Translations under genes and position numbers: made by a program
Shown: in pieces, positions 58,294 through 64,000 of the stretch
How the letters are laid out: the number at the start of each line of letters is the position of its first letter
Position numbering within the stretch: the first letter of the stretch is position 1
Notes under the pieces: generated by a model
Databases searched by the model: none
What the model was told of the DNA's origin: nothing
What the model saw: the letters and a program-made list of their open reading frames with translations, nothing else
Source: a virus
DNA length: 64,000 nt
Virus record (IMG/VR): IMGVR_UViG_3300030099_001508
Coordinates: 2,646-66,645 of that record
Strand: one strand, 5' to 3'

Positions 58294-58478
58294 GTGGTAA
58301 TGCAAACTATTCTAGGATTATGAGATTTAGAAACTCTAGAGTTGCAAAATTCTTTGCAAACTTTCATGGTGGAATATATAAAGGGTGGGTAGATGAATCT
58401 ACTACATTCACAATAAAAAGAGGCGCAGGCCCAATATCTTCAAACGATAAGGGATGTTATGTCGTAGTCTGGGAGTAG
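58290..58478 (+). CDS. small hypothetical protein
   Basis: ORF track, coupled start/stop. Confidence 0.5.
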   Translation: MSGNANYSRIMRFRNSRVAKFFANFHGGIYKGWVDESTTFTIKRGAGPISSNDKGCYVVVWE

Positions 58479-58481
58479 ACA

Positions 58482-58670
58482 ATGGAACAAAAAGAATTTG
58501 ACTTTGGTGAGAAACGTCTAATCAAAGAAACTGTTATCAAGTATTACGAGGAAACAGATTCAGAAGGTAATCGTAGAATACACAAAGACAAAACAGAGAC
58601 AAAGTGGTTTAGTAAAAAAAGTGGTAGTAGACATAATCCTACTATTTCACATCATTCAGAGTATCTATGA
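58482..58670 (+). CDS. small hypothetical protein
   Basis: GGAG RBS. Confidence 0.5.
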   Translation: MEQKEFDFGEKRLIKETVIKYYEETDSEGNRRIHKDKTETKWFSKKSGSRHNPTISHHSEYL

Positions 58671-59575
58671 TATTAGCATACCTAACATTATTAACTGCAC
58701 TTGCAATATCTGGAGTAGCAGCCTACTATAGTATAATAGGTTTGGTTGCAATCTTTTCTGCATCTGTAGTTCCAATCGCAGTGATGGGAGTTGTTCTGGA
58801 AACAGGCAAACTTGTATCAGCTGCATGGTTATATCATTATTGGAAGAAAGTGAATGTCCTACTCAAAACTTATCTTATTTCTGCTGTGGTTGTTCTCATG
58901 TTCATTACTTCTATGGGAATATTCGGTTTTCTTTCCAAAGCTCACATAGAACAAACATCTGTAAGTGCAGATAATACCCTACAAATAGAAGCGATTGATT
59001 CGCAGATATCACGACAACAAAAAGATATTGAACGAGCAGAACTGCAACTAACACTTCTTGATGACGCACTCAAGAAGTATGTAGAGTTGGGTGCAGTAAC
59101 TAAATCTATTAATGCAAGACAAGGACAAGAGGAAGAACGCAATGCGCTCACATCAACAATCAATAATGCGACAAACACTATCGCAAGTCTCACGGAAAAG
59201 AAGTACGAATTACGCACCAAACAAAATGAACTTGTCGCAGAAGTCGGCCCAATCAAATACATCGCCGAACTTATTTACGGAAACTCCGAAACAAACACAC
59301 TTGAAGAAGCCGTCAGATGGGTCATAATTATATTGGTGTGGGTATTTGACCCTCTTGCAGTACTATTATTAATCAGTGCAAACATATCACTGAAAGAAGA
59401 ATTACGAAAGATGCGTATGAAAAGGTCACGCAAAAAGACTACTTTACGCAAACGAGAAGAAAAAAAGAATCAAACTGCGTGGGAACGTAAGTTACAAGAG
59501 TCCAAAAGAAAGGACGGTGAATTAACCGAAGTAACACACAAAAATGGAGATGTGATTGCAAAATACTACGAATGA
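58667..59575 (+). CDS. membrane protein with periplasmic coiled coil, conserved in marine myoviruses
   Basis: AAYYSIIGL...LE.GKLV...ITSMGIFGFLSKAH...VGPIKYIAE...VFDPLA. Confidence 0.8.
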   Translation: MILAYLTLLTALAISGVAAYYSIIGLVAIFSASVVPIAVMGVVLETGKLVSAAWLYHYWKKVNVLLKTYLISAVVVLMFITSMGIFGFLSKAHIEQTSVSADNTLQIEAIDSQISRQQKDIERAELQLTLLDDALKKYVELGAVTKSINARQGQEEERNALTSTINNATNTIASLTEKKYELRTKQNELVAEVGPIKYIAELIYGNSETNTLEEAVRWVIIILVWVFDPLAVLLLISANISLKEELRKMRMKRSRKKTTLRKREEKKNQTAWERKLQESKRKDGELTEVTHKNGDVIAKYYE

Positions 59576-59798
59576 AAGGGTTGAGTTATCTACCTATTTC
59601 GGAGATGGGGAGTATGCAGACAGAGTCGCAAAAACTTATCTAGTGAAAGGTAACTATTATGAAGTAGATTTTATTAAGAATGATATTGTTGTTGAAACAA
59701 GGATTATGAAATCAGAAAAAGGTGATGCAATATACTTTCACAGTGAATCATATGCTGACAGTGCAGCTGAAAATTATGTGATGGGGTATATGTTATGA
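59556..59798 (+). CDS. hypothetical protein
   Basis: HSESYADSAAENYV; start uncertain. Confidence 0.55.
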   Translation: MQNTTNERVELSTYFGDGEYADRVAKTYLVKGNYYEVDFIKNDIVVETRIMKSEKGDAIYFHSESYADSAAENYVMGYML

Positions 59799-59928
59799 TA
59801 ATGAGTGATGCAGAAATTATGTTAGTCGTAGTAGTATTCTCAATACTATTTCTTGGATACCTATGGTGGAAAGGATATTAATTATGAAAGAAAAACATTT
59901 GAATAAATTGCAAAGAAAGGTATTTAGA

Positions 59929-60366
59929 ATGGATTTAGGAAACCCAATTGTAACAACTTTAGTAGGACTTGTAGTGTTTTATATCGGACTTAAAATGTTC
60001 TCTGGTGGAATGAAATCAATGGGTAACATTGACCACTTGAGTTGGTTCATTGCGAACCCCATTTATATGTTCTTTGGTGGTATTATCATGACACTTCTAT
60101 GGCAATCATCATCATTATCAACGACAGCGATTATTGCATTAGTAGCGTCTGGTGCAGTGCCATTACCAGCTGCGATTGCGTGTGTATTGGGTGCAAATAT
60201 AGGTACAACTGGAACGATATGGTTAGCAGGATTACTTGTATCAGACGGTCTACCAAAAGGAGATACATTACGAATTGCAATTGCACATTCTGGTGTAAAC
60301 CTATTTATGGCTGCAACTCTACTACCATTTGTACACCATATCGCACGATTCTTGAGTAAATTCTAA
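59929..60366 (+). CDS. single-repeat Na+/Pi cotransporter (NptA/SLC34-like)
   Basis: GLKMFSGGM, WQSSSLST, LGANIGTT; start uncertain. Confidence 0.8.
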   Translation: MDLGNPIVTTLVGLVVFYIGLKMFSGGMKSMGNIDHLSWFIANPIYMFFGGIIMTLLWQSSSLSTTAIIALVASGAVPLPAAIACVLGANIGTTGTIWLAGLLVSDGLPKGDTLRIAIAHSGVNLFMAATLLPFVHHIARFLSKF

Positions 60367-60527
60367 TGAACTGTTGGGTTTGCAATCACGAATTAATCTG
60401 GGGTGGTGACCACGATTTGGATGAAGAATATGATGGTCACACAATTATAACGAATCTCTCTTGTCCACAATGTGACGCATATGTAGAGGTATATCATGGA
60501 AAGGAAATAAAAGATGAGTCGAAGTAA
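60366..60527 (+). CDS. small Zn-finger protein (not in ORF track)
   Basis: MNCWVCNHELIWGGDHD...TNLSCPQC. Confidence 0.65.
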   Translation: MNCWVCNHELIWGGDHDLDEEYDGHTIITNLSCPQCDAYVEVYHGKEIKDESK

Positions 60528-60676
60528 ATTATTGAATCATTTTCAGATGTTGTTAGAAGAAATTGCAACATTACAAACTAGAATTAGACCAGAGGATACT
60601 GGTCATATACACACAACAATTAGTGTGTTACAAGGTAGGGTGGAAGAAATCAAAAAAGAACTTGAAGGGAAACTGA

Positions 60677-60895
60677 ATGAGTGATGATGTAAGACGGGCT
60701 GCACAAGAAGAAGCAGAACGAACCTACAAAGGATTTCTATCCTTTATAAAATATCTTAGTTATGGGTTTGTTGCACTAATTATATTTGCAGCTTTTAATA
60801 ACTTTGGTGTGGACGGCACTGGAAGTAAATCAGACCCAGAATTATATGAAGAATATCTGGACAACATGAAAGAAATGGGAAAAAATTATGACTAA
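60677..60895 (+). CDS. small membrane protein
   Basis: AERTYKGFL then TM. Confidence 0.6.
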   Translation: MSDDVRRAAQEEAERTYKGFLSFIKYLSYGFVALIIFAAFNNFGVDGTGSKSDPELYEEYLDNMKEMGKNYD

Positions 60896-61142
60896 AGTTT
60901 TTATAATTGCAATTGTAATGTGGTGGGCAGACATGACACAAACACCACTAAATGATTCGGTAGAAGTAAAATGGTTACATGGTGAACCATTGTATTTTAT
61001 GACAGAGGAAGAATGTTTTGCACATATTGATGAGAATCTAGAAGCTCTCAAAGGATTTGGTAAAGCAACATTTCCTACTGCACATACAGTAAAGAGTATA
61101 TTATGCGTACCACAAGAAAGACATATAAAGGATGAAGCTTGA
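60888..61142 (+). CDS. small hypothetical protein
   Basis: Hydrophobic N-term, F.TEEEC. Confidence 0.6.
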   Translation: MTKVFIIAIVMWWADMTQTPLNDSVEVKWLHGEPLYFMTEEECFAHIDENLEALKGFGKATFPTAHTVKSILCVPQERHIKDEA

Positions 61143-61384
61143 AACCATATCATAATCAAGGATTTGGAGTTGCATTTATGTGGATAATTGCACTCTTTAT
61201 CGTTTTACCATCAATCATGATACTGTCTATAGATGACGGTTTTGCAAAGTTTGTACAAATGCGTGGTGTTACTGGAGATTGTTGGGAAAATAGTAAACAT
61301 GAAAAAGTTTGTAAGGAAGAAAATACTTGCAAATTTTGGAGAAACTTTTGTATAGATGAGGTATATAGATGGAAAACAAAGTAA
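61139..61384 (+). CDS. small membrane protein, Cys-rich tail
   Basis: TM plus CWENSKHEKVC...CKFWRNFC. Confidence 0.6.
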   Translation: MKPYHNQGFGVAFMWIIALFIVLPSIMILSIDDGFAKFVQMRGVTGDCWENSKHEKVCKEENTCKFWRNFCIDEVYRWKTK

Positions 61385-61785
61385 AAAAATATTTAGAAAA
61401 ACTACCAGATTTTTGTCTGTCACACTGGTTATTGAGAATACCACTGATTGTTGTGTTCTTACAACAAGGATTTCAGAAGATACCAGTGACAATGGAAGGT
61501 GCTGAGTCGTTTGATTTACCCTATATTGTATGGTGGTTTGCAGCTTATGGTGAAATAGGTGCTGGTATAGGTCTACTGATTGGTGGTATTATGATGTACA
61601 GTTGGTGGAGTTGGATTGGTGACCTACTAACACGATTTAGTGGATTTGTCATAGGTTGTATTATGACTGGTGTTATATGGGTAGGTCAACCAGACAGTTT
61701 CATGGACGTTATATTATATGACAATCTTCATGTGTTGTTGTGGGTTGGTGGTTTGTATTTTGCATTGAGAGGACATAAAACATGA
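61369..61785 (+). CDS. DoxX-family membrane protein
   Basis: LLRIPL.VVFLQQG.QK...GEIGAGIGL...LTR. Confidence 0.8.
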   Translation: MENKVKKYLEKLPDFCLSHWLLRIPLIVVFLQQGFQKIPVTMEGAESFDLPYIVWWFAAYGEIGAGIGLLIGGIMMYSWWSWIGDLLTRFSGFVIGCIMTGVIWVGQPDSFMDVILYDNLHVLLWVGGLYFALRGHKT

Positions 61786-61970
61786 ACACAGTGATACTTG
61801 GATTTTACCTTGTTATGGTAACAATTGCACCAGACGGAAATGTCACTGGAGAAGCGATTGACTATTTCAGTGACCCATTGGAGTGTATATACGCTGGTAA
61901 CTGGGAAGAAGAAAACGCACCATATGGAGTGGGTTTTGTTTGTCTAGAGGATGTAATAGATGAGAGATGA
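61782..61970 (+). CDS. small hypothetical protein
   Basis: ORF track. Confidence 0.5.
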   Translation: MNTVILGFYLVMVTIAPDGNVTGEAIDYFSDPLECIYAGNWEEENAPYGVGFVCLEDVIDER

Positions 61971-62336
61971 TGTCAATGACTGGTATGTGTTGTGCATCTG
62001 TATAATAATCATAGGAAGTATAATATACAGTGCGTACTATTCTTAAAATCTGGATGTATGCGTTAGGTAGTTTCAGTGATGCAAATACAGAGCCATACAA
62101 CTATCGTATACTTCTAGTCAGAACATTATGGGTTCTACTACATATTATAACTTGTCTTTTTATTATAATCGGAAACGGTAGGATATTGGGTCTATGGTAG
62201 ACAATAAAAAACAACTCGACAGAATCGAAAAGAAAATAGACGAACTCGACAAGAAACTAGATAAACATATAGAAGAGATTTGGACAGTTTACGTTCCTAT
62301 CAAACGTCTATTAGAGAAACTAGAAAGGTTTAGGTT

Positions 62337-62525
62337 GTGGTAAAATTCCTCAGAAAATTATTCGGAGAATCGCAAAATTTTGAAGACGAAGCTTCTGCAA
62401 CTCCCAAGAAAAAATTCAATCCTAAACAACGTATAGACGCAGAGAAGGATTCGGAGAAAGACAAGATGGACAAGGGATTTAACGGTAAGACATATACTAT
62501 CAACGGCATAGAGTATGACTTCTAA
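62337..62525 (+). CDS. small hypothetical protein
   Basis: ORF track. Confidence 0.45.
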   Translation: MVKFLRKLFGESQNFEDEASATPKKKFNPKQRIDAEKDSEKDKMDKGFNGKTYTINGIEYDF

Positions 62526-62640
62526 TGAAACTCTTACTCATATTCGCAGTTGTTATCGGAACAATTACTAACGACCAAGAATTACTGCGACCACGACCAA
62601 GAGGTGGCCCTGCAAAAGAAGTAAAGATAAAGGATAAGTA

Positions 62641-62865
62641 ATGTATATACATAATAATCCACAACTCACTGCATATCACACAATGCAAACAGAACAGAAA
62701 CGTCTACTGACAAAAGAACGTCTAGAACGATATCATAACACCTTAGATAGAGTAGAGAAACAAATGTTAGAGGATTATAATAAGAGAGTAGAGAGAATGA
62801 AAGAAGTGTCTGTTACACCAAGAACAGGCCCAGAGATACGGAAACACATAGACATATATGCATGA
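62641..62865 (+). CDS. small hypothetical protein
   Basis: Ends HIDIYA; AAGGA RBS. Confidence 0.5.
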   Translation: MYIHNNPQLTAYHTMQTEQKRLLTKERLERYHNTLDRVEKQMLEDYNKRVERMKEVSVTPRTGPEIRKHIDIYA

Positions 62866-63109
62866 CGAAGGATACACACAAAGGGAATGGGAAAGAACAG
62901 TTGGCTGGGGAAAAGTACCAGACGAATATAATCGAGTTTCCCCTAGTGATACAGATGGAGAGAATACTGAGAGAAGCGATTCGTCTAGAGAAAAGAACGA
63001 AAGAACTCTTGAAGAGGGTAAAGAGTATTCACTAAATGACCCTATATGGGATAAAAGATGGACGTATAGTCAAGTAATGCAAGATGATTTAGAACCGTTA
63101 CCAGAATGA
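62858..63109 (+). CDS. small hypothetical protein
   Basis: YTQREWERTVGWG. Confidence 0.5.
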   Translation: MHDEGYTQREWERTVGWGKVPDEYNRVSPSDTDGENTERSDSSREKNERTLEEGKEYSLNDPIWDKRWTYSQVMQDDLEPLPE

Positions 63110-63317
63110 ATTGTACATCTGCGTACACTATATGGGATATCATGGGAAAACATGGTATTTGCGTAAAAAATATAAAAAGGTTAAAAAGAATAGGACTCTC
63201 TTGTGATTAAATTTTGTTCCCTATCGGCTCCGAATCGCCGCTGACCCCTCCGAATCACCCCCTACCACATATCGACCTAGAAGTCAAGAGAAAAAAGCCT
63301 GAGAAATCGGCTCGAAA

Positions 63318-63349
63318 GACTTGACTCTGACTTGACTCTGTGGTACAGT
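63318..63349 (+). promoter_or_regulatory. sigma70 promoter within an 11-nt tandem duplication
   Basis: GACTTGACTCT x2; TTGACT-N17-TACAGT. Confidence 0.65.
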
Positions 63350-63520
63350 CTCTATGTAGACTGAGATAAAGGATAAGAATATATGCTAAAGCTAATACTT
63401 CTGATATTGATTCTCTGGGTACTTACAGTACCTTTAGCGTTTATATTATATGCTTGACATTGAGAGTATTTTGTGTTAGCTTGATTCTATAATGAGAGTT
63501 TAACTATAGAGAGGTTTGTT

Positions 63521-63901
63521 ATGAAAACACCACAAGAGATTTATTCAGAGGCCCACTCAGCAGGAATGGCTGCTGGTCACGGATGTACGCCCACTCCTAT
63601 GGTAGTGGGAACGCCTACGACTCCTCTGGGTAATGATATTGATTACTCTAAGGAAACCTACTATGTCGCTGACGGTATGTGTGGTTTCGCTTGGATTAAT
63701 ATCAAACCAGCCAGAGGTAAGTTTGTGAAGTTCCTTAAAGAGAATGACATAGGAAGGAAAGACTCCTACTATGGTGGCTGGACTATCTGGGTTTCTGATT
63801 TCGGTCAGAGTGTGACTAGAAAAGAGAACTATGCGAGAGCATTCGCTAAGGTTCTAGGTGATAATGGAATCACTGCATACAATATGAGTAGGTTAGATTA
63901 A
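63521..63901 (+). CDS. early hypothetical protein
   Basis: TTGACA-N17-TAGCTT promoter (63454-63482), GAGAGGT RBS; GMCGFAW...QSVTRKENYA. Confidence 0.75.
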   Translation: MKTPQEIYSEAHSAGMAAGHGCTPTPMVVGTPTTPLGNDIDYSKETYYVADGMCGFAWINIKPARGKFVKFLKENDIGRKDSYYGGWTIWVSDFGQSVTRKENYARAFAKVLGDNGITAYNMSRLD

Positions 63902-63905
63902 TGAC

Positions 63906-63934
63906 TTGACATACCGAATCACTTAGTATATACT
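63906..63934 (+). promoter_or_regulatory. sigma70 promoter with CGAATCA in the spacer
   Basis: TTGACA-N17-TATACT. Confidence 0.7.
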
Positions 63935-64000
63935 GACAGTTATAGGTGGAGCTCTATATGGGGTATCCCCTAAAACTGAGGTGTGTTAAATAATCTATAG

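Noticed and set aside
1-64000. Stop-codon reassignment
   Set aside because: Core genes are full length in code 11 and end in TAA, TAG and TGA

Overview
A 64-kb segment of a lytic T4-like myovirus genome: AT-rich, densely coding, mostly on the + strand, standard genetic code. A marine alphaproteobacterial host is inferred from a permuted two-piece tmRNA with a GGCAGTA T-loop and ANDNFAPVDYALAA tag, plus pseudoazurin, ThyX, class II RNR and GANTC-rich promoters. T4 core genes present: gp43 (3' part), uvsX, gp40, gp41, gp61, rnh, gp33, gp59, gp32, tape-measure/hub, gp26/gp51, gp54/19-like, gp2, gp4, gp48, gp53 and a hub protein. Auxiliary genes: mazG, nrdJ, guaC, phoH, thyX, bS21, pseudoazurin, SufT/DUF59, a half-size Na/Pi transporter and DoxX. 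Most interesting observations: (1) an unannotated ~90-nt small RNA with its own promoter and terminator, whose CU-rich loop is complementary to the GAGAGAGG-type ribosome-binding sites of a subset of phage genes, in a phage that also carries bS21 and tmRNA; (2) a block of enzymes and apparent polyproteins with T4 internal-protein-like leaders and repeated (I/L)xE prohead-protease sites; (3) a U_UUU_UUA -1 slippery site that would fuse gp26 to a start-less gp51; (4) GANTC/GcrA-like and IHF-like motifs at sigma70 promoters; (5) an MTase-dioxygenase-GNAT-GmrSD-like cluster; (6) an NqrM-like/SufT pair. All protein calls come from motif recognition by eye; no searches were run.
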